A model generated the notes under the pieces. That model did no database searches and was not told the origin of the DNA. It was given only the letters and a program-made list of their open reading frames with translations. From Rhodothermaceae bacterium (GTDB taxonomy: Bacteria; Bacteroidota; Rhodothermia; Rhodothermales; Bin80), in NCBI GenBank assembly GCA_009841335.1, contig VXLY01000004.1:28837-92836 (forward strand): a stretch of 64,000 nt of DNA, given 5' to 3'. Below are positions 1-9,635 of the stretch, one piece after another; position 1 is the first letter of the stretch, and every line of letters begins with the position of its first letter. Made by a program: the position numbers and the translations under genes.

Positions 1-136
1 TGTCGGAGCAGGCGCTGAAAACGGCGGCGCATAATAGAATCAAACTGCTCAAGCCATTTACGCTCGTGTGGCCAATTCTGTCAATCTTGGCCGGGCGAGT
101 CATCGCAGTCTGCGGATGAATTCGAACTCCAGACAT
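1..136 (-). CDS. N-terminal end (about 45 codons) of a third copy of the beta-propeller lipoprotein paralog family; the gene runs off the window start
   Basis: The reverse complement from the ATG at 134-136 reads MSGVRIHPQTAMTRPAKIDRIGHTSVNGLSSLILLCAAVFSACSD. This is collinear with the N-termini of the ORFs starting at 1974 and 3816: an R-rich n-region, a GLSSLxLLC h-region and a SAC lipobox. Confidence 0.6.
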   Translation of the reverse strand, partial: MSGVRIHPQTAMTRPAKIDRIGHTSVNGLSSLILLCAAVFSACSD

Positions 137-729
137 TGGTTGGTGGTAGGCTAAGTTGGTGAATGATACGCTTGAGTTTATTATGCTGCTCCCATTGATG
201 TCCGACGAATAAACCGGGCGCGCTATCTTGCGTTCGTTGCTATACACATAGTTTTCTCGGCCTCGTGTACAACTCTATTGATCTGGTGTGAATGCACGCA
301 CGCGCGCCAGTGTTCTGGCATCAGCGGAGTGATCTCGTTTGCGGGACCAGAGTCAGCAATCCCGCACTACAAGGCAGCTTAAAGAAATAGATCTTCCGGG
401 TACAAAACCAAGAAACCAGACAACATTCGATAAAGCGACTTGGACAAGGCCGGTATTGTTCCGACGCGAAGGTTACGTTATCTAGCCAGAGTTGAGTGGA
501 AGGGTTTCCAGAGTGCAGTCCAAGGGTTGCCGACATGTTAATCAGACGTCTCGGCTGAGTCCTCTAATGGCACCGAGGACCAGAGCATGAACCCTCATGC
601 CAAGGGCCAGTTGCCTCTGCACTTATCAGCTAACGTGCGGTGTGGGGCGTTTCCCGGCGGTGTCCCTCCCATTGACACGCGTGCTGGCCACTGACTTACG
701 CAATCAGAGGATTGACCCTTTCAAGCACG

Positions 730-1974
730 TTACACGTTGAGCTCGTAAACAGCAACCGTAGGCATGCCATCTTTTGTTTCAACGGCATAGATACGTCCGC
801 CGCGTATGGCCTTGAGTCTCGCACCGAACGGGAGTATCACCTTACCAACCACGCGGGAATCCATATCCAGTACGATCCACTCCACATCTGTGGAATCCTG
901 AGTTGCGCTAAGCTCGAGCCATACGCGATTATTGTCATCCACCAGCAGCTCCTCGTAAGCGGGCTTCGTTGTGTGCAAACCTCGCTCACCGAACTTTGCT
1001 CTCATTTCGGGGCCAAAGTGCGACAGCCAGTCTTCCAATTCGGCATCTGAGATCGGAATCGGATCATGCGTAAGCGAAATGTGTTTTTCCTCGGGGCCGT
1101 AGATCGACATCACCGCGATGCTTATGGAGTCACTCCAGCCGGAGAACAGCATTCCGTCTGATCCCAGTCCCCAGTTCATGCTGCGCCCAAAAGGAATGCC
1201 GTTGGCACTTGGTATTTTTCGACCCACCAGCGGCACGTGTCTTAATGCTACAACGCCCTCAAAACCTGGACCCGTAGCTACAACTGGCCCGTAACTGCCA
1301 TCCAGATTTACTATTCGTATCACTTCACTCGTTTCGCGATACGCGGTTACCAATCTTCTTGAGGGTACCAACCTCAAATGAGCAATGTATCCGTCTTCAA
1401 CCACACCCAGAATGCCGAAATTTTCAACACGGTCACCTTCCTCAACGGGATACTCGGGAACCGGAACACTTCGCACAAACTCGAATTGGTCCGGTCCATA
1501 AATAGAAAGATGCCTCCTTCGCCAAGAGTCGAAAACGTAAAATGAGTCCGCTGGGCCTGTAAACATACCACCGAATAGTGGATCCGAATATTCTCCGGGA
1601 CCGCTGCCAACTGCGCCGACGTCAGCCAAGTATGAACCATCGGCATCGAACACGCGAATAGTTGTCGGTTGGAACTCCTCGATGAAGATTTGCCCGCGGT
1701 TATTGACAGCAATGTCACTGATATATGCGAAGAATACGGTATCCCCGGCCGCTTCGTCACCAATGCGAACAACTTCTTCTATGGACAATACAGCCGGTTG
1801 ACTGCTTCCAAACGTACCACTTTGATTCTGGGATTGATTATTGGAGCAAGCACTGAACACTGCGGAGCACAATAGAATCAAACTGCTCAGGCCATGAATA
1901 CTTTTGTAGCCAATTCTGTCAGTCAAGCCCGGCCGAGTCCGAGCAATGCGCGGATGAAGTCGAGATCTAGACAT
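730..1974 (-). CDS. 6-bladed beta-propeller-type lipoprotein (BF3164/DUF5128-like), paralog B
   Basis: The ORF spans 730-2088. I placed the start at the internal ATG 1972-1974 (MSRSRLHPRIARTRPG...) because it aligns with the start of the 414-aa paralog. It has a signal h-region and lipobox (VFSAC) and a GSGPGEY motif in a strand-rich repeat context. By eye, roughly four of five residues are identical to 2572-3816. Confidence 0.7.
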   Translation of the reverse strand: MSRSRLHPRIARTRPGLTDRIGYKSIHGLSSLILLCSAVFSACSNNQSQNQSGTFGSSQPAVLSIEEVVRIGDEAAGDTVFFAYISDIAVNNRGQIFIEEFQPTTIRVFDADGSYLADVGAVGSGPGEYSDPLFGGMFTGPADSFYVFDSWRRRHLSIYGPDQFEFVRSVPVPEYPVEEGDRVENFGILGVVEDGYIAHLRLVPSRRLVTAYRETSEVIRIVNLDGSYGPVVATGPGFEGVVALRHVPLVGRKIPSANGIPFGRSMNWGLGSDGMLFSGWSDSISIAVMSIYGPEEKHISLTHDPIPISDAELEDWLSHFGPEMRAKFGERGLHTTKPAYEELLVDDNNRVWLELSATQDSTDVEWIVLDMDSRVVGKVILPFGARLKAIRGGRIYAVETKDGMPTVAVYELNV

Positions 1975-2571
1975 TCGTGATGAATGAGTTAAGTTGGAGA
2001 GTGATAAACTTGAGTTGAAATTGTTGTTCCCATCGAGGCAAATGGCAAAACCGGGCGCTGTCTTGCGCTCGTTGCTACACTCATTCACTAGATCTTCGTC
2101 CCTGGTACAACTTACTTTATTTGGTTATGGACGACACACGTGTACTTGTTTCACTGCTCCACCGTAGTAGCCTCGATTGCATAAACATAGTCAGCATGCC
2201 CGCACTCTAAGGTAGCTTAATGAAACAGATCTTCCGGGTCCAACATCAAGCAATCGGACAACATCCAAGTTACCGACTCGAGTTGAGCTGCGACTGCATT
2301 GACGCGATGGCTGCGCTATAGATTGCTCGGCCAGAGTAGAGCGGGTTCCGGCAGTGCAATTCATACAATGCCGAGATGTTGATCAGACGTCTCAGGAGAG
2401 CCCTGCCAAGGCACTGAGGATCAAAGCATAATGCTCAAGCCGGGGCGGGTTAGTCGACTCTGCATTTATCAGCCTACGTCCGCTGTGGATGTTCCCCTGT
2501 GGCACCCCTCCGTTTGAATTGTGTGCTGGCCATTGACTTACGCGACCAGAGGTCTGACGCTTAGGAGAACG

Positions 2572-3816
2572 TTACACTTCTAGCTCGTAAACTGCAACCG
2601 TGGGCGCGCCCCCTTTTTTCTCAATGGCATAGACGCGTCCGCCGCGTATGGCCTTGAGTCTTGCGCCAAAAGGGAGTATCACTTTGCCAACCACGCGCGA
2701 ATTCAGATCCATTATGATCCATTCAACGTCCGTGGAATCCTGAGTTGCGCTAAGCTCGAGCCATACGCGATTATTGTCATCCACAAGTAGCTCCTCATAA
2801 GCGGGCTTCGTTGTATGTAGCCCTCGCTCATTGAACTTCGCCCTCATTTCGGGGCCATAGTACGACAGCCAGTCTTCCATATCGGCATCTGAGACGGGAA
2901 TCGGGTCATGTGTCAACGAAATGTGTAGTTCTTCGGGCGTGTTGATTGACATCACGGCAACGTTTATGGAATCATTCCAGCCGGAAAACAGCATGCCATC
3001 CGATCCCAGCCCCCAGTTCATGCTGCGCCCAAAGGGAATGCCGTCCGGGAACGGAACTTTTAGCCCTATCTGCGGCAGCTCTCTTAATGCAACAACGCCC
3101 TCGTAACCTGGACCCCTCGCAACAATGGGCCCGTAACTGCCATCCAGATTCACCATTCGTATCACTTCACTCGTTTCGCGATGCGCGGTTATCAACAATT
3201 CCGAGGATACCAACCTCAATTGAACAACAAATCCGTCCTTCGCCGCACCCAGCATGACGAGATTCTCTTCACGATTGCCCTCCTCAACGGGATACGGAGG
3301 AATCGTAACACTTCGCACAAACTCGAATTGGTCCGGCCCATATATAGAGAGATGCCTTTTCCGCCAACCGTCAAAAACGTACACAGAGTCTGCTGGGCCA
3401 GTTAGCACACCGCCGAATAGTTGATCCGAGTATTCTCCGGGTCCGTTGCCTACTGCGCCGACATCAGCCAAGTACGAACCGTCAGAATCGAACGCGCGAA
3501 TAGCGGTCGGTTGGGACTCCTGGATGAAGATCTTCCCGCGGCTATTGACAGCAACGTCCTCGATAAACGCGAAGAACACGGTATCCCCGGCCGCTTCGTC
3601 ACCAATGCGAAGAACTTCTTCTATGGGCAATAAAGCCGGTGGACGGCTTCCAGACCCATCACTATGCATTGGGGATTGATAATTGGAGCAGGCACTGATC
3701 ATTATGACGCATAACAGAAACAAACTGCTCAAGCCATGTACGCCGGTGTGGCCAATTCTGTTAATTGTGGTCGGGCGAGTCCCAGTAATCCGTGGACAAA
3801 GTCGAGTTCTGGACAT
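2572..3816 (-). CDS. 6-bladed beta-propeller-type lipoprotein (BF3164/DUF5128-like), paralog A
   Basis: A 414-aa ORF with an ATG start. Its N-terminus MSRTRLCPRITGTRPTTINRIGHTGVHGLSSLFLLCVIMISACSN carries a lipobox. It has a GNGPGEY motif and is collinear with paralog B to the C-terminus (..TVAVYELEV vs ..TVAVYELNV). Confidence 0.75.
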   Translation of the reverse strand: MSRTRLCPRITGTRPTTINRIGHTGVHGLSSLFLLCVIMISACSNYQSPMHSDGSGSRPPALLPIEEVLRIGDEAAGDTVFFAFIEDVAVNSRGKIFIQESQPTAIRAFDSDGSYLADVGAVGNGPGEYSDQLFGGVLTGPADSVYVFDGWRKRHLSIYGPDQFEFVRSVTIPPYPVEEGNREENLVMLGAAKDGFVVQLRLVSSELLITAHRETSEVIRMVNLDGSYGPIVARGPGYEGVVALRELPQIGLKVPFPDGIPFGRSMNWGLGSDGMLFSGWNDSINVAVMSINTPEELHISLTHDPIPVSDADMEDWLSYYGPEMRAKFNERGLHTTKPAYEELLVDDNNRVWLELSATQDSTDVEWIIMDLNSRVVGKVILPFGARLKAIRGGRVYAIEKKGGAPTVAVYELEV

Positions 3817-4002
3817 TGGTAGATGGATGGGTCAAGGTCGGAAGTTGAAACTCAAACTGGGACTCGGTGTGGTAATCTTGGGCCAAGTGCCAGGCTCAAG
3901 AATGTAGATTTGTTGGAGCGGGGATGCCTGTCATCAGTGGGTATACGATGTTCTGGACCCAATCGTTCAGGCAATGGACCACCAATGATCACGATGGTAA
4001 GG

Positions 4003-6273
4003 TCACCAGCTATCATTACGTATTCGTCCCCCGGGCTTCTGGATTGCGGAGACGGCCTGGACGAATCCCCGTGCCGAGAAGGAGCCAGCGTAGTAGCGGC
4101 ATCCGAGGAGGATTAAGGGCACTGTGGACCTTCTCGCGACCTCTAGAGCGAACGGGCCGATAGAGGGTTTGTGGCGGCGGCGGCTTTCCATTCCCATCAC
4201 GAGAAGGTCACTCTCTGATGCCCTGGACACAATACTGGCGATCGGATCGTCCACTAAATCGATTTCCACCTGATATGGTCCAGCAGCTTCGTCCCTGGCG
4301 AGACGCTGGATCATTAGCCTTTGTCGTCGCTGGGCCTCCACTCTTGTGGCAGAAGGCAACGTCTGTACGAACGTCAGGTCGGGAGGGGTTGTGCGAGACA
4401 AGCTAGCGAACAATCGTGCACGCAAGGGACTATGCACGCGCTGGCCCCGGACAGGTACGAGGATCCGCGTTGCCTCAGAAATACGCCACCGCGTCGGGGC
4501 CCTCACAATGACCACGTTCGCATCGATGGCCGAAATTAATCCTTCCATCCGGGTTTCCACTCCAGATTTCTCGATACGGGGTAGGCCAAGGAGGACAGTT
4601 TCACAACTGTGCTCGTTAGCTACGCGTGCGATTTCTTCCCATACGTCGGATGCTACAGTAAACAGCGTTTCTGGACTTGCAGTGACATCAAGATTCTGAC
4701 CGAATGACTCGGCCAAAATGTCCTTTGCGTCGCGGATCATTGCATCGTCGGGAATTTGGTCCGGGCGCAACACCGAAAGAAGAACCACCTTCCCCGCATT
4801 CGGTGTACATACCGTTGCGGCCACGTTGGACAGGCTTGCAGTGCTTGCTGGATTAGCGGTCGGCGCGAGGACAAGCGGATTCCGCCCCCTCGAGCGAGCC
4901 AGCTCTGGGTCCTTGGCTTCGGCGCTCACGTCAGCCAGCCTCGCGCCAGGCGCAAGTGCCATAAGGTATAGGACTACGCCGACACCCAGCCACAGGGCCG
5001 CGACACGGCCCGCTTCAGGCACAACGACGGCCTGAAATATTGCCAAGGCCAGGCAGAAGATTACTCCCAAGACTGGTAGCAGCGGAAGGCGGACTTCCCC
5101 TGAGCGCCGGAGAGTAAGGATCGCGGTACAGTGTACCATGGCGAATGAAACGAGAAATATCAGGCTTGCAGCTGCTCCTGCAGCTGCAACGTTATCCACT
5201 GCGAGCACAATTACGACCATCATCAATCCGGTCGTGATCACCGCTATAGCTGGTGTTCCTGCCCGTCCGCGTACCTGTCCAATTTGACGTGGAAGAGTGC
5301 GGTCGCGGGCCATAGAAAATGCCACGCGGGAGGCACCGTACAAATTGGCGCTCAGGGCCGACAGCATCGACAGAATGCCTGCCCCAATCACGAGCCAATA
5401 ACCGGGAGTTCCCAAGTACCGGTCCACAGCCTCAGCAACGAGCCCCTCGGGGTTTGCCTGCGCCGCCGCATGGATTCCTTCGGGTGGAGCCCCCACTGTC
5501 GCTATAATTGCGAGAAGCGGTAGGTAGATCACAAGCGTAATGCCGAGGGCTGCGTACATCGCGAACGGCACGGTGCGCTGCGGGTCTTTCACTTCGCCGC
5601 CTACGGCGGCTATCAGGTCGAATCCCTGGAGGGCTATGAAGGTGTAACCCATTGCCTGCACAACCCCCAATAAGCCACCGGGCGCAAACGGGCGCAAGTG
5701 CTCGACTGCTTCGGCTGGACTTCCACTTAGCCACACCCACAGTCCTCCCGCAACCAGCAGCCCAAAAACAACCACTTTGCCAACCGTGGCTGCATTGCCG
5801 CCTCCTGCCGAGCGTCTCACAAGAAACCAGGAGTAAACCCCGATGGCGGCGAGTGCAAGCAGGAGTTCTCCTCGCCCGTCTCCAACCCAGCTCCACTGTT
5901 CCGCAAGAGCTGGGAATAGTCGGATTGCACCTTCAACGGCAAAGACAGCGAAGCCGAGTGAATAGAGCACGCCGGCTACGATCGAGGCAAACCAGACTAC
6001 CCACCCCACGATGAATGCAACCTCGATCGAGACTACTCGCTTCGCATAGGCATACGTGCCGCCGGACTCAGGGTAGCGGGAGGCTAGTCGCACGAAACTG
6101 ACAGCCGTAAGGAATGCTATGCCTCCATTGAGTGCAAAGGCTACGATAGCAGCCGTGCCGGCAGTGGCGAAGGCAACGCCTGCAAGCGCAAGAATGCCGC
6201 CCCCAACTATCGCACCCACGCCAAGTGCGGTTGCGCCGAAACGACCTAAATGCCGTTCGTCACCGTTGCTCAT
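4003..6273 (-). CDS. APC-family amino acid/polyamine permease fused to C-terminal universal stress protein (USP)-like domains
   Basis: A 756-aa ORF. The N-terminal half is polytopic membrane protein with an APC-type start (GATALGVGAIVGGGILALAG). The C-terminal roughly 290 aa is soluble with two USP-like alpha/beta segments (VVLLSVLRP...ETVLLGLP and ILVPVRG...DLLVMGME). Confidence 0.8.
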   Translation of the reverse strand: MSNGDERHLGRFGATALGVGAIVGGGILALAGVAFATAGTAAIVAFALNGGIAFLTAVSFVRLASRYPESGGTYAYAKRVVSIEVAFIVGWVVWFASIVAGVLYSLGFAVFAVEGAIRLFPALAEQWSWVGDGRGELLLALAAIGVYSWFLVRRSAGGGNAATVGKVVVFGLLVAGGLWVWLSGSPAEAVEHLRPFAPGGLLGVVQAMGYTFIALQGFDLIAAVGGEVKDPQRTVPFAMYAALGITLVIYLPLLAIIATVGAPPEGIHAAAQANPEGLVAEAVDRYLGTPGYWLVIGAGILSMLSALSANLYGASRVAFSMARDRTLPRQIGQVRGRAGTPAIAVITTGLMMVVIVLAVDNVAAAGAAASLIFLVSFAMVHCTAILTLRRSGEVRLPLLPVLGVIFCLALAIFQAVVVPEAGRVAALWLGVGVVLYLMALAPGARLADVSAEAKDPELARSRGRNPLVLAPTANPASTASLSNVAATVCTPNAGKVVLLSVLRPDQIPDDAMIRDAKDILAESFGQNLDVTASPETLFTVASDVWEEIARVANEHSCETVLLGLPRIEKSGVETRMEGLISAIDANVVIVRAPTRWRISEATRILVPVRGQRVHSPLRARLFASLSRTTPPDLTFVQTLPSATRVEAQRRQRLMIQRLARDEAAGPYQVEIDLVDDPIASIVSRASESDLLVMGMESRRRHKPSIGPFALEVARRSTVPLILLGCRYYAGSFSARGFVQAVSAIQKPGGRIRNDSW

Positions 6274-7028
6274 TTATTCGTAAACAGAATCTGCTTTAAG
6301 CTAGAATGTAGCCCCATTCGGTAAACAATGTTCCATTTACTTCCAAAAGGTCTCACATCCTATCAAAGTGGCACTTTCTCGCATATTACTGTTGGCGGCA
6401 AACTCCAGGTACATTACTCTCATACTTGATCTTTACTCTGAGTTGTTGCACTAGAATCTCTATCAAAATCTCCTCGATTGGAGGCTAACATTGTTCTGGG
6501 AGTGTCAAACTAACTGCCGCTGGTCAACTAGGAAGCATCCCAAAATCAGGAATGTCCGTGTGCGAATAACGTCATCTCCACAATACTGAGGGATGCAAGT
6601 TCTCCGCGACACAACCGAGTGTAAGGGAACAGCAACAGGTGGGACCTGCGGAGGTCATTTCCATTACTTGGAATGCGGGTGGCAGGGTAGGGATACCCAT
6701 GAAATCCCTTTGCGATAACCGACATCTTGCCAGTGAATGCGCGTTTTGGATCGTAGCAACTCCACATGGACCGGCAATCATGCGTTACCGTCTTCCGAGA
6801 TCCAAGCACATAAATACAAGTCAGACTAGCCCAAGAAGCCACTAGACCGCTTCTTCTCAAGCCAAACGGCGTATTACTTGTAAACAAACGTTGGGCCCCG
6901 TTAGCTCTACTTGAGTTGACCCACTCAATGTACGAGGGTTTTGCGGGGGAACACAATGACAAATATGCGCCGGCTCCAGTTTCCCAAGATTGGCATGCGG
7001 CGCGCCGTGATCGGTTGATCCAGTGGTC

Positions 7029-7805
7029 TCAATTCTCGGACTCCAGTTCTTCCAGTGAAGGAATTAGCTCATCTTTCACCCATCCGAAATCTGGGTTTAT
7101 TTCAAGTGCCTGTTCAAACGACGATCGGGCCTTTTCCAGTTCTCTTTGATCCATATAAGCAATTCCGAGTCGCATATGGGCGTGGGCATGCCCCCAGGAT
7201 GGCATGAGAGAATCCTCAACTCTTTCCTCGGAAAAAATGTCGATTGCCCGCTTCAAACCCTCAATCCCGCGTTCTTTATTACCCCCAGCAATTCTCGGGA
7301 TGTTATAATCCATGATGCCTTTTAAGAGCACGATTCGCGGGTTATTGGGATCTAGTTCCAAGGCCTTTGACATAGCCCAGTTGTACTTGCGCGCCAAGCC
7401 CACAGTCCTGAGGGGACTTACAGAGATCTTATGCGCATAGGAGGTCGAAAGCAAGGCCCATCCTTCGGCAAACGATTCGTCTATTTCCACCGATGCTTCA
7501 TAGTTTTCAATGGAGTAGTTGATGTGCATTCGAATTTCTCCTCGTTTCCCCGAAGCCTCTTGATCTGTCAGTACAGTGGCTATATCACTGGATGCGGACG
7601 CAGCGTAATAATAGGCAAGCATTGATAAGCTATCATCATTGGTGACTTGCTCAAAAATTGTACGCGCCTCCAGCAATACGTCTATATCTCTGCGATTAGT
7701 CCCGTCGTCCAGGAGCTCCTTTCCCTGGAGTAACAATTCCCTGGCCGTCTGTGCTTGAACAGGAAGGCTGAACGCAAGAAGGGCGATGATTAGCGCGTAT
7801 CTCAT
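7029..7805 (-). CDS. Secreted TPR-repeat protein
   Basis: A 258-aa ORF with a signal peptide (MRYALIIALLAFSLPVQAQ). It has TPR-like helical repeats (AHMRLGIAYMDQRELEKARSSFEQALEINPD). Confidence 0.7.
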   Translation of the reverse strand: MRYALIIALLAFSLPVQAQTARELLLQGKELLDDGTNRRDIDVLLEARTIFEQVTNDDSLSMLAYYYAASASSDIATVLTDQEASGKRGEIRMHINYSIENYEASVEIDESFAEGWALLSTSYAHKISVSPLRTVGLARKYNWAMSKALELDPNNPRIVLLKGIMDYNIPRIAGGNKERGIEGLKRAIDIFSEERVEDSLMPSWGHAHAHMRLGIAYMDQRELEKARSSFEQALEINPDFGWVKDELIPSLEELESEN

Positions 7806-8006
7806 AATTTTTTCTTTATGAGGTCACATAGTATCTGGCCGAAAATTACGTATTTCTGGCCGGATGAGATTCTTTTCATTTGATCTGCCAACAATTTGGG
7901 ACGCCCCCTGTCCTATACGGAGAGTTTGCCATCGATTCGCAACTCCTGTTCCAGGGTAAATGCTAACTGGTGCTGCCGAAACGTATCATCTGCAAGTTAT
8001 TGGTAC

Positions 8007-9635
8007 CTACAGGGAGACTCCACGTTTCCACGGGATAAAATCATGCTGTCCCAAGCGTGTTGCAGCAGTGATGTAATCGCCGCTTGCGACATTCACAACA
8101 AAGTCAAGGATTCTGGCCCCGACAGGCTCAACAGATTCATCGCCTCCAATAACACTTCCTGCATCTACATCTATCAGGTCTGGAAGTCGTTGGGCAATTG
8201 CAGAGTTGCTGCTGATCTTGACAACCTGGGCAATGGGGTTACCAGTTGGCGTTCCCATACCCGTTGAGAAGAGTATGATCTGGGCCCCCGCTCCGGCAAT
8301 GGCCGTAGTAGATTCTACATCCCCTCCAGGTGTACACAAAAGGTTCAGGCCGGGCTCAGTGGAATATTCGGGGTAATCAAGTACTGCCGTAATGGGGGAC
8401 GTACCGCCCTTACGCGCAGCGCCAGCACTCTTCATGGCATCCGTGAGCAACCCATCCCTGATGTTTCCTGGTGAGGGGTTCATTTCAAAGCCGGAGCCTA
8501 CGGCCTCCGCCAGTGTGGCATACGATTCCATTAAGTCAGCAAAACGAGTGGCCGCTGACTCATGCGTGCATCGGTCAATCAGGGACTGCTCCAGACCACA
8601 AAGCTCCGGAAACTCCCCAAGTATAGCACTGCCGCCAAGTGCCACGAGGAGGTCGGTAGTGTACCCCATTGCCGGATTTGCCGAAATGCCACTGAACCCG
8701 TCAGACCCCCCACATTCAAGTCCCAGGGTAAGTTTGCTCAGAGGTACGGGATTACGTCGAGATTTGTTGGCTTCCCGCAGGCCAGAGAAGGTATTCGCAA
8801 TGGCCTTTGTGATAAGGGCATCTGCGCTTGCGAATGACTGCTGTCGGAATATGTAGAGGGGTTTGTCAAATGCAGGGTTGCGCTTGTGTACCTCCTCCAT
8901 GAGTATTTTGTATTCCGCGTTCTCACAACCCAGACTTAGTACAGTTGCACCACAAACGTTTGGATGATTCAAATAGCCTGCTAGAAGACCGCAAAGGCTC
9001 CTGGCATCCTGGCGTGTTCCACCACATCCTAGTTGGTGTGTAAGAAAGTGAACACCGTCCACGTTTTGAAATAGCCGCTCAGACGCAGTCGCTGTCCCGA
9101 TTGTGCCTGCCGGTGGGTTACCGGTACGGTATTCATGTGCCAGTGCAGCGACTTGTTGACGGTAAGGAGAGATTCGACTATATCCCAGTTCATCTTCAAA
9201 AGCGCGGCGGAGTACATCAATATTCCGATTTTCACAGAAAACCAAAGGGAGCACAATCCAGTGATTCGCAGTACCTGCCTGGCCGTCGCTTCGGCGGTAC
9301 CCCAGGAAGGTGGTCTCTTCCCAATTTGAGACATCGGGGGCTTGCCAGACAGGGGGCCTGTGTGCCGACCGGACACGGTATTCCGCGGTGTCATGTGTCA
9401 GATCATTACGGTTGAGACGGTCTCCAACATGAAGATCACGCAGCGCCCGACCAACCATTACTCCGTACATGATCACGGCCTCCGATTGGCGGATAAACTC
9501 CGTAACGACCTTATGCTTTGAAGGGACGGGCGACCGGGTTATGCAACCGGGCAGAAATTCAATTCCCACAGGGAGTGAAACCAATGCGACAGCGACATTG
9601 TCACCGGGATGAATTTGCAACACCCGAGCCGACAT
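8007..9635 (-). CDS. uxaA: UxaA-family (altronate/galactarate-type) sugar-acid dehydratase
   Basis: A 542-aa ORF with an N-terminal SAF-like segment (LQIHPGDNVAVAL) and a Cys-rich UxaA core (HQLGCGG..., GLECGGSDGFSGISANP). Its start overlaps the stop of the upstream gene by 1 nt (TGATG). Confidence 0.8.
   Translation of the reverse strand: MSARVLQIHPGDNVAVALVSLPVGIEFLPGCITRSPVPSKHKVVTEFIRQSEAVIMYGVMVGRALRDLHVGDRLNRNDLTHDTAEYRVRSAHRPPVWQAPDVSNWEETTFLGYRRSDGQAGTANHWIVLPLVFCENRNIDVLRRAFEDELGYSRISPYRQQVAALAHEYRTGNPPAGTIGTATASERLFQNVDGVHFLTHQLGCGGTRQDARSLCGLLAGYLNHPNVCGATVLSLGCENAEYKILMEEVHKRNPAFDKPLYIFRQQSFASADALITKAIANTFSGLREANKSRRNPVPLSKLTLGLECGGSDGFSGISANPAMGYTTDLLVALGGSAILGEFPELCGLEQSLIDRCTHESAATRFADLMESYATLAEAVGSGFEMNPSPGNIRDGLLTDAMKSAGAARKGGTSPITAVLDYPEYSTEPGLNLLCTPGGDVESTTAIAGAGAQIILFSTGMGTPTGNPIAQVVKISSNSAIAQRLPDLIDVDAGSVIGGDESVEPVGARILDFVVNVASGDYITAATRLGQHDFIPWKRGVSL

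Larger units (their letters stand above)
1..3870 (-). repeat. Tandem (head-to-tail) array of about 1.84-kb units, each a lipoprotein gene plus a conserved spacer; at least 3 copies, left end not in the window
   Basis: The paralog start codons lie at 136, 1974 and 3816, giving spacings of 1838 and 1842 nt. Spacers 137-729 and 1975-2571 share long alignable blocks. Similarity upstream of copy A fades about 50-70 nt past 3816. Confidence 0.8.

Noticed and set aside
321-536. 71-aa minus-strand ORF inside the first lipoprotein spacer.
   Set aside because: The homologous spacer (1975-2571) has no equivalent start codon or open frame, and the composition is not protein-like. It is most likely non-coding.
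6546-6962. 138-aa minus-strand ORF in the permease/TPR intergenic interval.
   Set aside because: It has no recognisable motif, odd composition and competing antisense ORFs. I noted a vague resemblance to YkuD_2-type L,D-transpeptidase segments but could not align the catalytic His/Cys. I cannot support it as a feature.
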